Shown here one piece after another: positions 51,650 to 62,811 of a DNA stretch of 64,000 nucleotides. The translations under genes and the position numbers were made by a program. The DNA comes from Albugo candida (lineage: Eukaryota). The notes under the pieces are model-generated. The model was not told the origin of the DNA. It worked only from the letters and a program-made list of their open reading frames with translations, and did no database searches. The stretch spans positions 372,001-436,000 of the forward strand of contig JBDOQK010000020.1 of assembly GCA_040437565.1 (NCBI GenBank). Reading direction: 5' to 3'. The stretch's first letter is position 1; each line of letters opens with the position of its first letter.

Positions 51650-53701
51650 CTATTCTGTTGCGTCGTCTAAAAAGTATATAGAACACGTAGAGCTTCGGCA
51701 AGTTGTTTGCAAAGGGTGCGATCGCCTCTTTTTGACCGAAGGAGTATACACTTTCGAATCATGTTGTCGTGCTTTCCCTTGAACCATGCTTTTCGGATAA
51801 AGACTTGAACAAATAGTTTTCTTGTAGGACCCTGTCGTCGTATAATACAAGAACAAGCACGCCGCCACCAGCAAAAGCGCACTCAGTCGTAATCCAATCG
51901 GTAAGCCATCCCCGACCTGCGCATAAAAGAAATCGGTTTCAAATTGACTATCAGCATTCAGCCTTCGGAATTCGAAAAATATACACGCTCCAATAATCCA
52001 TGCGTCATCTAAAAGCTTCAAATGATCTGTATAATTCATGATCGGTGTCATCGAGTTCTCTGCGATACTCGGAAGTGTCGTGGTCATTTGACCAGCATGG
52101 TATTGAAGGGAAATTCGGTTACTTCCGATCGGTGCATAGAAATGTCTTTCTTCTTCGTCGATCAGACTGAATTGCTTGATGATCACCGCCAGGAAAGACA
52201 TGTCCATGCAAATGAACTCGATCTCATCTTCAAGTATGGGGTTCGACGCATTATCAGTTCGTAACACGTGGGCGTATAGCGACAATGGAAGACTACACGC
52301 TGCTTCGACGATCTTGTCGAGATTGCTACTACTTGGAGCGAAATATTGCTTTCGAAAAGTTTGAAGGACTTTTATTTGTGCTTTATGCTGAACCAAGTTT
52401 AGCCCTCCATTCGTATTGTTTTCCAGCTTCTGCAACAGCTCGATGCTTTCTTGCAATTTCTTGAGTACCTGCATCGCTCGAAACATACTTCCAACAATGA
52501 GCACATCGGCTTTTGGTATCGGTTGCTGTGTGAAATCGAGCCAGCAAAGCTCTGTTCGGCAGTCTCGCTTGTGTTTTGCAAATACGTTCTCTAATGCTTC
52601 CATGCATTCTTTTCCTTTTCCCGTACCTATCAATGTCCAATTTTGACCATTGATGAAAGCGTGAAAATCTTCTCCTTGTAGCCAGCAAGAAGCTTCAACT
52701 TCCCTCAGAACGTCGCCTTGGATCGGACTGGATGGATACTCAGCATCTTGTGATGCCACTTTGATCGAATTTTCGACCAGGATATTTTTGAGGTTTGCTC
52801 GGCCAAAATAAGGAAACTCTCGCACTTCATAATCGTTCGGATCATGTATTCTTACATTTTGTAATTCATCGTCGATTGCGTTGCCATTATGCCTTGGCTT
52901 TAAAAATGCAATTTGAAGCAAAGTTTCTTGCATGTCTACCATCCCATAATAGCTCACTTCATTGACGGGCAGAAGTGTCAGCATCTCCAAACGATGATGT
53001 AGCACATTCAATCCAATCAAATAAAAATACGCTTTCATTTTTGTTGGGAGTATTTGAAAGTCATCGCGAGAAAAACGATAAAATCCTTGCTTTTGATCCA
53101 CCCGACTATGCCTGTATAACACCGTCTGCAAATTGATAACTTGTTCCGACTCGAAAGCATCTCGATCATTTTCGAGTGCAATATAACGCACTCGAAAAAA
53201 ATCAAGCGCAAGATTATGAGCCGGAAGATCATCTTTCGGGGTTTTCTTTTTAAAATTCCTAATTTTGATAAAATCGGCTATTGTCGAAATTCCATCCTTG
53301 ATGGATTCGTGCATCGACTCCACAGAGTTGGTCATGTGTGTTTTGGATGGAAATAAGCGATAATCGAAATGACGACCACTTTTGTCAAAAAACAAAGAAT
53401 TATTTTGGTGTACGATCAAGTCAGAGCGCTCTTCTTCCTTGTTTTCTGCATTGCTAAGGGTAAACAAGGCAAAACCAGCCTTGTGTGGGGACATCGTGAC
53501 GATAATGTGACAGCCAGGCAATGAATCCTCTCCCGAACCTTTATTTGTGAAGAAATGCAACCAAAGTTGTAGCAAGCCGATGAAATCACGAAAGCTCATT
53601 TGGTTTGGATTCACAACTATAGAATCAAACTTAACTACCAATAGAGTAGAACCAGAGTAGCTTCTGATATGACACGCAGCGATAAACTTTATAATAAACA
53701 A
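51650..53701 (-). CDS. Degenerate GDA1/CD39 (apyrase/NTPDase) family protein with C-terminal TM helix
   Basis: GTGKGKECMEAL..C..WLDFTQQP, FICMDMSFL and WIIGA (ACR5-like). ACR4-equivalent YGMVDMQETLLQIAF. C-terminal hydrophobic LSALLLVAACLFLYY. Confidence 0.65.
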   Translation of the reverse strand: MFIIKFIAACHIRSYSGSTLLVVKFDSIVVNPNQMSFRDFIGLLQLWLHFFTNKGSGEDSLPGCHIIVTMSPHKAGFALFTLSNAENKEEERSDLIVHQNNSLFFDKSGRHFDYRLFPSKTHMTNSVESMHESIKDGISTIADFIKIRNFKKKTPKDDLPAHNLALDFFRVRYIALENDRDAFESEQVINLQTVLYRHSRVDQKQGFYRFSRDDFQILPTKMKAYFYLIGLNVLHHRLEMLTLLPVNEVSYYGMVDMQETLLQIAFLKPRHNGNAIDDELQNVRIHDPNDYEVREFPYFGRANLKNILVENSIKVASQDAEYPSSPIQGDVLREVEASCWLQGEDFHAFINGQNWTLIGTGKGKECMEALENVFAKHKRDCRTELCWLDFTQQPIPKADVLIVGSMFRAMQVLKKLQESIELLQKLENNTNGGLNLVQHKAQIKVLQTFRKQYFAPSSSNLDKIVEAACSLPLSLYAHVLRTDNASNPILEDEIEFICMDMSFLAVIIKQFSLIDEEERHFYAPIGSNRISLQYHAGQMTTTLPSIAENSMTPIMNYTDHLKLLDDAWIIGACIFFEFRRLNADSQFETDFFYAQVGDGLPIGLRLSALLLVAACLFLYYTTTGSYKKTICSSLYPKSMVQGKARQHDSKVYTPSVKKRRSHPLQTTCRSSTCSIYFLDDATE

Positions 53702-53736
53702 TTACGCAGTAAATTCAAGCACATCCTAACACACGT

Positions 53737-54708
53737 TTACTTATGAATCAAGCCACAACGTGATTCTAATATAGAGCGAAATACCTCTACTACCGCTTTT
53801 GAAAAAGAGACCGCGAAAATCAAGTTATCTGTCTCGATTCGCACAAGATTCGGCGCGATTACAATTGCCAACTGATCGATCCCCATAAAGTTTTTTTCCC
53901 TATTGTTAGCAACTATCACGAGAAGATCGACCAGCCATAACAAAATCTCACACTCAGTAGAGCTCAATATTGCTTTGATATGACCCGTTAAATCCTTGAC
54001 CTCGTCGTTCTTGATCTGAAACATGAGCTTCTCCATCTCGCCCGGTTCGATCTCGTGCAAAATCGGCACAGTTAGTTCTCGAAACCATACTTTCAGCAAA
54101 TCCGCCAAAACTCGAACATCATGGGATGCACCGGAGAATATACCCCGATTGATTTCATCAATCGCTCGATCTCGCTCTTCTTTGTTGGGAGATTCACGAA
54201 AGATGTGAGGAACGTCGAAGCCTTTCTTGTACAGGAAGTGATGTTTCAGCATCACCAATATAGCTGGTATTCGATCATTATACCCGTTCACAACTATCCT
54301 AGGAACCTGACAAAAATGCAGCTGAAAATGCTGGTTCACGACGTAGAGAGGATCTATGTTGCTCTCTACAGACGAGCATGATGAAGGTGCCATGCGAGAA
54401 AACACAGATGCGAAACACTTTTCTGAGAGCGAGTTGCGATGTTGACTAAATGGCGTGTCGCGTTCGGTACGAGTTCTTTTGATACTTTGATGTGAGCCTT
54501 TGTGATGATTCTCTGTTGTCATAGAAATTGCATACGCATTTGAATCAGGCGATAATGAAGTCGCGCTGATGGCCATCAAGTAATTGACAAATGTCTCTGT
54601 CAATCCTTCAAATCTTGCTTCCCCAAAATTGTAATGTATATGTATGTCATGCCGAAAAGCATACGGTCCGCTGATCTCATGGATGTGAGGATGAGTAGGT
54701 GTGGTCAT
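53737..54708 (-). CDS. RhoGAP with N-terminal CRIB motif
   Basis: CRIB EISGPYAFRHDIH. GAP motifs IFRESP (Arg finger), LADLLKVWFRELTVPIL and NFMGIDQLAIVIAPNL. Confidence 0.88.
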   Translation of the reverse strand: MTTPTHPHIHEISGPYAFRHDIHIHYNFGEARFEGLTETFVNYLMAISATSLSPDSNAYAISMTTENHHKGSHQSIKRTRTERDTPFSQHRNSLSEKCFASVFSRMAPSSCSSVESNIDPLYVVNQHFQLHFCQVPRIVVNGYNDRIPAILVMLKHHFLYKKGFDVPHIFRESPNKEERDRAIDEINRGIFSGASHDVRVLADLLKVWFRELTVPILHEIEPGEMEKLMFQIKNDEVKDLTGHIKAILSSTECEILLWLVDLLVIVANNREKNFMGIDQLAIVIAPNLVRIETDNLIFAVSFSKAVVEVFRSILESRCGLIHK

Positions 54709-55082
54709 CAATGTAAGTATGTGGCCTGAGAAGTAAAGCTCCCTGATTCAAGAATTTGCGATGCACAAAAGTCAAGAACTCGATGCCGTAACGGCCTTGT
54801 GGATTTATAAATAACTAGTCATGGCTCGAAAACGAACATTGATCACAGCGAGCAGATCTTCATGCGATGGTGGTCGATGCTCCACCATGTGATATTTAGT
54901 CTAATACAGGCTTTTAGCACTAGTGGAGAGGAAATGCATGGCTTGCTTGAAAAATATCAAAATACGGTCACACTTGGATCACCGGTCACATTTGATTACT
55001 AAGCTCGAAAAATTTTATTAAGCTAGAAAAAGAACTAGCGGAAGCAGAGAAGCAATGAAGTGTCGTTCCAATACAGTTATCT

Positions 55083-55919
55083 TCATGCAAAAGATGGAGG
55101 TTCCAGTGACGACTTTGTTGGGATGAGATTCGAAGGTGACAAAGGCATACCCGGTTGATAAAAAACTGGAGGGGTGACGGGATTGGGGGCTTGTAGGTAA
55201 GGTGTTGGTCCTGGTGCGGGGCCAGATGATCCTGTCTGATCTGTTGTATGGCTACCTGTTACCGGAGATGGGGGATACTGAGGACTACCTGATGTAATAG
55301 GCGTTGGTGAGGTAGGGCTACCATTGGGTAGAGCTGGATTCCCCGATGGACTTGGAGGTGGGAGATACTGAGGACTACCCAGTGTAGAAAACGTTGGTGA
55401 GGTAGGGCTGCCATTGGGCAGAGCTGGAGTCGCGGGTGGACCTGGCGTCGCGGGTGGACCTGGAGGTGCCTGGGGTTGACCTGGAGGTGCCGCGGGCGGA
55501 GCCGAAGCTGGCTCGGTAAATATTGAGGTAGTATTCGCTTGTGTAGTATTGCCAGCCTCAGGTGCTTTCAATCCAGAAACGACTTTGTTTATTTGGTAGC
55601 CACCAACAGCAAGCGTTACAGCTCCCATCCCAAGGGCCACGTTTCTCCCGAGTTTTGAATTGCTTTTCTTGTACCTCCGAAGAAATCCTTTTGGGTCGTT
55701 TGTTTTGATACTCAGACTTTCACCTTTCAATTCGTAAGTATCGCCCTTCCCATCTTCCCTATGTCCTTCTTCGAATCCCTTCTTTTCTAACTTTTTCGTA
55801 ATTTTCTCGACGGAGTACTCTTTCGGCGTTCTTCGGAAAATGTTTCTCACGCTAAGAGCGTGAAGGATTGACAGATATGAGACGAACGCAAACACGAAAA
55901 GCGATGTTTTTTTATGCAT
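55083..55919 (-). CDS. Putative secreted/membrane-anchored Pro-rich protein
   Basis: From ATG 55919: signal-like MHKKTSLFVFAFVSYLSILHALS, a Lys-rich domain, hydrophobic VALGMGAVTLAVGG, then a Pro-rich tail with a duplicated ALPNGSPTSPT..GSPQY unit. Confidence 0.7.
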   Translation of the reverse strand: MHKKTSLFVFAFVSYLSILHALSVRNIFRRTPKEYSVEKITKKLEKKGFEEGHREDGKGDTYELKGESLSIKTNDPKGFLRRYKKSNSKLGRNVALGMGAVTLAVGGYQINKVVSGLKAPEAGNTTQANTTSIFTEPASAPPAAPPGQPQAPPGPPATPGPPATPALPNGSPTSPTFSTLGSPQYLPPPSPSGNPALPNGSPTSPTPITSGSPQYPPSPVTGSHTTDQTGSSGPAPGPTPYLQAPNPVTPPVFYQPGMPLSPSNLIPTKSSLEPPSFA

Positions 55920-56518
55920 GTGAGTTGAAGATTGCTGGAAGGGAGTAAAATGAATTCTGCGAACGGAATGAAGACAAGACGTTGCGTCATTGTACCCGAT
56001 TGCCACCTCACAAAGACATGCTGTCGTAGCCTACATGTCCACGTGTCTAAACAACTGTGATATATCGAGATTCGTGGACTGAAAAATCAAAGTGGGGTTG
56101 GAATGTCACACGATACCATGATGCTGAGGCCCCAGTATAGTCGTGACACCAAAGGATTCTTCAATTGGGAAGCTCAGCATATTGTGGATGAGCTACAACC
56201 GCGTGGGGATAGAGGGCAATGCAGAGTCCTACACTGATATTGCATGGTGGCACACGAGCGATATTACACGTCACTAAGGTCATGCATTTTGACGAAGCGG
56301 ATCTCGATTCTGCAGTTAGTTTTATCTAGTGTTCGATCTGACGAGTCACAGCCACAATAGACAGCATGTGTGCTCCATTTTTTCCGCAATAGATTTCGGG
56401 AAGCACACGAGACGGTTGCTTATAACGTAAGCAAAGCAGACGCTGACTATTAGTCAGTCATATCGATGGCTGGGTGCGATATTGTTAAGGACACGTGATA
56501 CTGCATCCCAAACGATCT

Positions 56519-57830
56519 TCATTGACTTGATTCCCAGTTATATAGTCGAGTAATGATCTGGCTGATGGACGGCCGTGAGGACGGATCGTGTGTCAGGATA
56601 TCGCTACATTAATGTTTTCGATGAATAATGAGCAAGGATCACTCACAAGCAGTTATACCGAATAAAATCATAAAACTTGGCCGAGTATATAGCCTTTGAC
56701 GGGAATTTGATTGGTGCAAGTACTGATAATGAGGAGCATTCGATGATTCGGACCTTGCCCGTGCTAGTAAAAGAGCATTCCGCTGGAGAATAACCGAAAG
56801 CCATGGCATACAGCACACATCCTAGTGACCATACTGAATATCCAAGACTATCAGACCACACGCTTTCATCTCGAGGGTTTTATGCCTTACCATCTGTCTT
56901 TGTCGTAATGTGTTCTTTGGTTGGAACGTGATATAGCTCTAAGTGATACGATATTTGTGACTAGTTGGGAGCCGGTCTGATCCGCGAAGTACCTGGTGCA
57001 CGATACGGCATTGACGTCATCTGTGAAGCTTTTTCCTGTAATAGCAGCGCCTCTTTTTGTGACGGTATGTAAACATCCCCTTCTGTCACCGAACCGAGGT
57101 CTGTCAGAATCAGCTCTCCCGTCTCGGAGATCATAATATTTTCTGGCTGGACAGATTCTGTTGAAGGCTCCAAAGTACAAAGCGGCGATAATGACATGAT
57201 CGAACCTTTATATCCCGATGAGCCAAAGCGGGCGTGTGCTTATGAAACTCGGCAATGGCTTGACATAACTCGAGAAAGCGATCCAGGATCCATCGCTCGG
57301 ATAAAGATATATTTTGCCTGCATCGTGAATGTTTATAAGAGCCTCAAAAAAGAGAGAACATACTGAGGCCTTACTCAAGAGAAATGTCGATTTTATCTCG
57401 CAGTGTTCCTTCCTATAAGAGAAATGTTTATCGAAGAACCTGTAATGAAGGCCCTGAGATGAAAGTATTACCTGCATATACGGGAATAATAAGTAGAATT
57501 CATGGCAAAGGGATCCCGCTGTGACTTCAGCATGATCAACCAATGGCATGATGTTGGAATGTTTGAAGACATTGTGAAGCTGCACCTCATGTTTTGCCAT
57601 TCGCCTTTGCTCCTCTGATTGACAAATGATCTTCTTGAGCGCAAATACCTGACCAGATGTCGTGTCTTCCGCCTTGTAGACGAATGAAGTAGCACCTTGG
57701 GCTACCTCGCTTTTGATGCAGACACTATAAGTTGACATTTCAGAGTATGTCTGTCAAGATAGGGTAGCGCTGCAAACGACCTTCGACCACTTTGCATTTG
57801 TATGCAGCTACTTAAGCTAAAGCAGTGCAT
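56519..57830 (-). CDS. NAK-family Ser/Thr kinase (STK16/Env7-like), multi-exon
   Basis: VAQGATSFVY, FALKKIIC, HSNIMPL, LLFPYM, PENIMI..LTDLGS, SMPYRAP and VWSLGCVLYAMAFGYSP across exons. Cys-containing N-terminus. Ends inferred. Confidence 0.85.
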
Positions 57831-58723
57831 CGTTCGCCTTATTGCAAGAAGTGGAAGAAATTTGATTGCCGCACACACACTTCTGACGGTACTGATCTCA
57901 TGTAGATTGTGTGAACGATTTTTTGAATCATTCGCTGACGAAAGAAATCGGGTAAACTGCTCGTCATCATCCATTTTTGTCCGCTACCTTTGAGAAGTGA
58001 TAACACATTGTGCGTTCAATGGGACAAGAAAATGACGAATCAATAATCGTTAGCTACAGGAATACAGGCTAGAGAGCTGAATGACCACAAACTATGCGCG
58101 CGGTCTATCAGTGACGCCTCATATCAATAATCACTTAGAGTCTTAGTGCGCTTCTCGTGCTCAACAATACTTCACAATCGCACGCAATCCGAGAATACGA
58201 GCTATTACTGAGTGCTATAAATCCGCAAGTGTAGCGGTACACATTTATACGTATGCACGTGGTGGATGTGATGCTTGACCTCGTCATAGAGCAAAAAAAA
58301 ATCGGCTTGTAAAATGCACCATGTATGCCTTGTATTAATGTGAATATGACTCTAAGGACTGCCTAAGGAAATGAACGTAGTCTGAGCATACGACACGGTA
58401 CCGATAACCTTCTATTCATTGCACATTTGCTCATTCCATTCAGTCAAAGTTTCTGAGCGCTTAAACGCGATTGAAAATGCCCGAGCATTCTCGAACATAA
58501 ATCAAACAAAGATCTTCAATACTCGTCCGGGGTAGTGTCTGCTATCAAACGTATTGCCATGGCAATAACTCTTACAAAAAGGCAGTGAACGCACTCAAAT
58601 AGGTGGCAATTCAGCAGAAAGGAAACAATTTAATGTATTCGTTTCCGGTATAGAATCAGATCTGAGACGTATATTTTTGACCAGTCATGTGCACTAATGC
58701 TGTCGCTTTGAGACGATAACCAA

Positions 58724-61700
58724 ATGTCTGCCCTTCCGCTTGAAAAAATGGGTTTATTGAATCAGTCAGAAACAGACGTATCCAATAATGCACACCATCA
58801 CCAAAATGCATCAGATAAAGCAACAGGAAGAAAGGTTGCCTCAGAAGACATATACGATCACGAAATATCCGAGCCGGAAACTCCTTTCCACCGGATCATC
58901 GACGCACAACCACAGACAATGTTACACGGTCAAACAAAGCCATTACCACCTTATTTACTGGGAAGTGGATACGTTTCGAATTCCTATTTCGTCTGCAGAC
59001 TTCGATATCTTATGTACTGCATGGCATTCATTGATTGTGTCGGAATTGCTGCGTTTTGGTTCACAGATAGTATCAACGATGGTGGCCTTTATGTTGAGGA
59101 TGCGAGATCATCTATGTCGTTCCGAAAAGCGAGATGCGTCGCACGAGGAGGCTGTAGTGATAGCTGTGAGACCATTGTGGTATATGGCTCTTTAATATAT
59201 CACATGCTTCCTCTGGTCGTTCTTATCGGCCTTCCTGCCTCCGGATGGAGATGTTTTGAGCCTTTTGAAAGGACAGAATTCTCACCTGTTGATTCTAGAC
59301 AATATTTGCAAAATGAGCAAAGTCGACGCCACGCTGAAAATCACGAGAGCATCGAAGCGGTTCCAAGCGATCAATCAACGCGGATTTATACTTCTCTAAA
59401 TTCAGTATCTGATTCTCCTATGCAAGTAAATCAGAGAAGTGGAGGTAAAAAGCAGAATTCAACCAAGCTCAGACGGACAGCATTTCTCCAGATATGTGAG
59501 CTGAGTGCCGTTCTTGTGCTTTGGATCAACTTTCTAATTATGCTATATTATATTTATGGACTGTTTCATGGAGATTCTTTAAATTGCGGGTATGTGCAGG
59601 TACAGCTATACGTCGATCTGGCGGTCATCCCTTTCGTACTCCATTTCGTGGAGCTTTGTTATTTTTTTCGATACCGAGAACACATCAAAATGCAACTTGG
59701 AGCTTTCCATGAAGAAGATCAAACTGGAGGACTAAAGTCTGCTTTCGTGAAGACATTTCACCGTCGGCATCTTTTCAAGTCCAAAACCACTTCATTTGCT
59801 CGCAACATCCGGAAAGCTTTATTCAAAGCTGCAGAATTGGAGAATCTCAGGGATTTGTCTTACACGCTTGTGAGTGCGCAAGAGCGCTTAGGACGTGACT
59901 TTGCCGCTCGGATGTATTCCAACCCCAAAATGCGACTACGTTTCTTTTCAAAATCAAAAAAGAATCCACTTCACGCAGCGGCAGCCAACGGAAATGTGCA
60001 GATGATAGACGTCCTGATCCATGCGGGATTTGGCGTAAATTCGCTCGATAAAGTAGCCAGAATGCGATTGAGCACAGGCGATGTATTTCTATACTTTGCA
60101 AAGTTTTTCATATCAGACCCCGTGCCTAGCGACACAGCAACTTCGATTTATAAGACCACGTTAGTGACTCCGTTACATTGTGCCGTCTATATGAATCAAA
60201 TCGAAGCGGTCAAGGCGCTAATTGCTCATGGAGCCGACGTCAACAAATGCGCAAAATCTTCAAACGCAAATCATGTGGTGCCACCTCTATTTATCGCAGA
60301 AAACACCATGATTGTGCGGCTACTACTCGAAGCGGGGGCAAATCATTTGCTAGTGCCTGATCCTGGCCACCAAAATACATTGACAGCTCTACAGCTGGCT
60401 TATCTAAGTGACAACATTCCAGTAGCACGGGAGCTGGAAAAATGGGGAGGTGATGTTGCTTTGACTCCTCTTCATGCGGCTGCAGGCGCTAATCATGACG
60501 CAGCAGTCCGCAAGCTACTGAAGAAAAAAGCAGATCCAAACAGTTTGGGAGAGTTTGGGTACGAAGGTCTCCATCGACGAACACCTTTGCATTGGGCAGC
60601 TGTTAAGAACGCTTCATCAAGTCTGCTAGAGCTCCTATTGTGTGGTGGTAATCCAAACTTTCAGGACCGTTTGGGACGAACTCCTCTGCATTGGGCTGCT
60701 AGCTTAGGCTCAACGGAATGCGTATTACTGCTTTTACAAAATGGTGCGGATTGTCGGATTCGAGATGCTTCCACGATGACTCCGATGCTCTGTGCCGGTC
60801 GTGCTCGTTTGGGAACCGATGTGCTATTCAATCATCTCATCAAGTATGGCGCAGATGTCAATGACTGTACCTTGACTGGCGATACCGCTCTTCACTTGGC
60901 GGTCAAAGAAGAACGGTTGGGGACAGCTCTATCGCTGATAGCTTGTGGTGCTGATATGCACAAGGTGAACCAGTATGGCTTCCGTCCGCTCGATAATACG
61001 ACTTCGACAAAATTTCAATTTGAGATGAAACGCGCTTCCGGGTACCGCGATATCTTGATCACAGCAACACCGACTCACGTGGAATTTGCAACGAAATTGA
61101 AAGATAGCTTGGAACGTATGAACATAACCGCTTGGCGACTGGATTACGTCGAGCTGGAAAAAATTGAGGATACTTCCTGGCGGGAAAGAGTAGTTCGCGA
61201 TATTGCTAGTACATCTATCATCATCGCTGTAATCACACAAGACTTCACGTTATCGGAATGCTGTTTACGAGAATTAGCGACTGCGAAAGAAGTGGGTACT
61301 CCAGTGATGGCAGTTTCCACTGAAAATGCTCGTATTGGTGACGAGCTTCAGGTTTATCTTTACACACGACAAGTGGTACCATTCGAGAGTGCAATCGTTG
61401 CTTCTACTCAATCTGATGCGCCTACAGCCTATGACCACCTATCTGAGCAAGATCGATCAGATGTAAAACCTATCTCATACCTTTACGACGAAGCGAAATA
61501 TGAAGCCCAGTTTCGACTGCTACTGGATGGTGTGCGGGATGAAATCGAGAAACAACGAAAAGGTCAGATCCAAAAGCAGTTGTCACAAAACCAAACAGCC
61601 ATGTTTGAGACAGCAGTACGTGGCCAGACAATGTTTGAGTCTCTTGTGGGATCACATATCTCGTTTATATCAAATAAAGAAGTCACCGCGGGCTCAGGAG

Positions 61701-62200
61701 CAGAGGATCCGAATTCGGAGAGTACGTCTAAAGTATCTGGTGAGCCTCATCGATCGAATCCAGCGGAAAGGAAATATGTTTTCATCGCTCATGGGGACTG
61801 CCATCGAGCATTCGTACGCAATTTATATGAGCGATTATCAAGCTGCGGGTACGCTGTAGTCGTGGATGGCGGTAGTTTCAATGAATTGCCTGAGGCTTCT
61901 AATATGAAAGAACGTATTCAGGCAGGGAAAAATGCAATTCTCGGTTGTTCTGCGTGTATCGTCGTCGTATCGGAACGAACCGCTAAAAATGAGCTCGTCA
62001 GTGATCAACTTGCATTTGCAGAAGATAAACAACGTCCGATATTCCCTATACTGCTGAACGACGTGAAACTGGATACTTCTGTGATTTCTCTACTCAGCTA
62101 CAGACCTTTGTATCATTTCACAACGAATGTGGGCTTCACTGCGTCATTGCATCAGCTTATGACACGGATGCGAGAGATTTTGCCTCTTGAAGGCATGTAA
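58724..62200 (+). CDS. Multi-pass membrane protein with ankyrin repeats and two C-terminal TIR domains
   Basis: Intronless, 1158 aa, four hydrophobic segments. Ankyrin motifs NPLHAAA, TPLHCAV, TPLHAAA, TPLHWAA (x2) and TALHLAV. TIR_2-like blocks start near 61046 and 61772. Confidence 0.9.
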   Translation: MSALPLEKMGLLNQSETDVSNNAHHHQNASDKATGRKVASEDIYDHEISEPETPFHRIIDAQPQTMLHGQTKPLPPYLLGSGYVSNSYFVCRLRYLMYCMAFIDCVGIAAFWFTDSINDGGLYVEDARSSMSFRKARCVARGGCSDSCETIVVYGSLIYHMLPLVVLIGLPASGWRCFEPFERTEFSPVDSRQYLQNEQSRRHAENHESIEAVPSDQSTRIYTSLNSVSDSPMQVNQRSGGKKQNSTKLRRTAFLQICELSAVLVLWINFLIMLYYIYGLFHGDSLNCGYVQVQLYVDLAVIPFVLHFVELCYFFRYREHIKMQLGAFHEEDQTGGLKSAFVKTFHRRHLFKSKTTSFARNIRKALFKAAELENLRDLSYTLVSAQERLGRDFAARMYSNPKMRLRFFSKSKKNPLHAAAANGNVQMIDVLIHAGFGVNSLDKVARMRLSTGDVFLYFAKFFISDPVPSDTATSIYKTTLVTPLHCAVYMNQIEAVKALIAHGADVNKCAKSSNANHVVPPLFIAENTMIVRLLLEAGANHLLVPDPGHQNTLTALQLAYLSDNIPVARELEKWGGDVALTPLHAAAGANHDAAVRKLLKKKADPNSLGEFGYEGLHRRTPLHWAAVKNASSSLLELLLCGGNPNFQDRLGRTPLHWAASLGSTECVLLLLQNGADCRIRDASTMTPMLCAGRARLGTDVLFNHLIKYGADVNDCTLTGDTALHLAVKEERLGTALSLIACGADMHKVNQYGFRPLDNTTSTKFQFEMKRASGYRDILITATPTHVEFATKLKDSLERMNITAWRLDYVELEKIEDTSWRERVVRDIASTSIIIAVITQDFTLSECCLRELATAKEVGTPVMAVSTENARIGDELQVYLYTRQVVPFESAIVASTQSDAPTAYDHLSEQDRSDVKPISYLYDEAKYEAQFRLLLDGVRDEIEKQRKGQIQKQLSQNQTAMFETAVRGQTMFESLVGSHISFISNKEVTAGSGAEDPNSESTSKVSGEPHRSNPAERKYVFIAHGDCHRAFVRNLYERLSSCGYAVVVDGGSFNELPEASNMKERIQAGKNAILGCSACIVVVSERTAKNELVSDQLAFAEDKQRPIFPILLNDVKLDTSVISLLSYRPLYHFTTNVGFTASLHQLMTRMREILPLEGM

Positions 62201-62811
62201 TATATTCCAGCAATTACATCAAGTAATCAAGCGAAAGATATAATTACGAAATTGATATAGGACGATATCATTTATTAGGATGAGATCGAGAGGCAGCATT
62301 TCGTATAGTATATGCAATGTCTGATCTAATCCGCCGACTCAATACGCGGGTCGAATGCATAGAGGCGGCGCGCTGCTATATTATATATTCCTTTTGATTG
62401 GGTCCTTTGATATGTACAAACAGTACATGATACGAAACATCCACAAGTTAAATACGTTCTTTTGTCGAATCAAGTCGCTACTACTCGCCTTTCGCCTACA
62501 TAACAAATCACAGTGCTGACTGTAGCCGGTGTATAAAGTCGGAATACGTCAGGAGGAGTAAAACGCTCTCAAAAGCTTCCACAAAAGTCAGATCGTGCCA
62601 ATGCAGCATTCGTGCTAGAGTGAAACTGGTAGGAGAATTCTTCTCGTAGAAGCGCTGATTCGTGCGAACCATGTGTTTACATTGTTTCCATGGCGGAGCT
62701 GCCGGTCCGTGTCGTGACAATTTGAAAAATATTCAATCTCTGCACATAGTAACATTCATAAAAACACCAAGATCAAAGTAGTTTTCACGGTAAAAGACTT
62801 GCGTTTCTACC

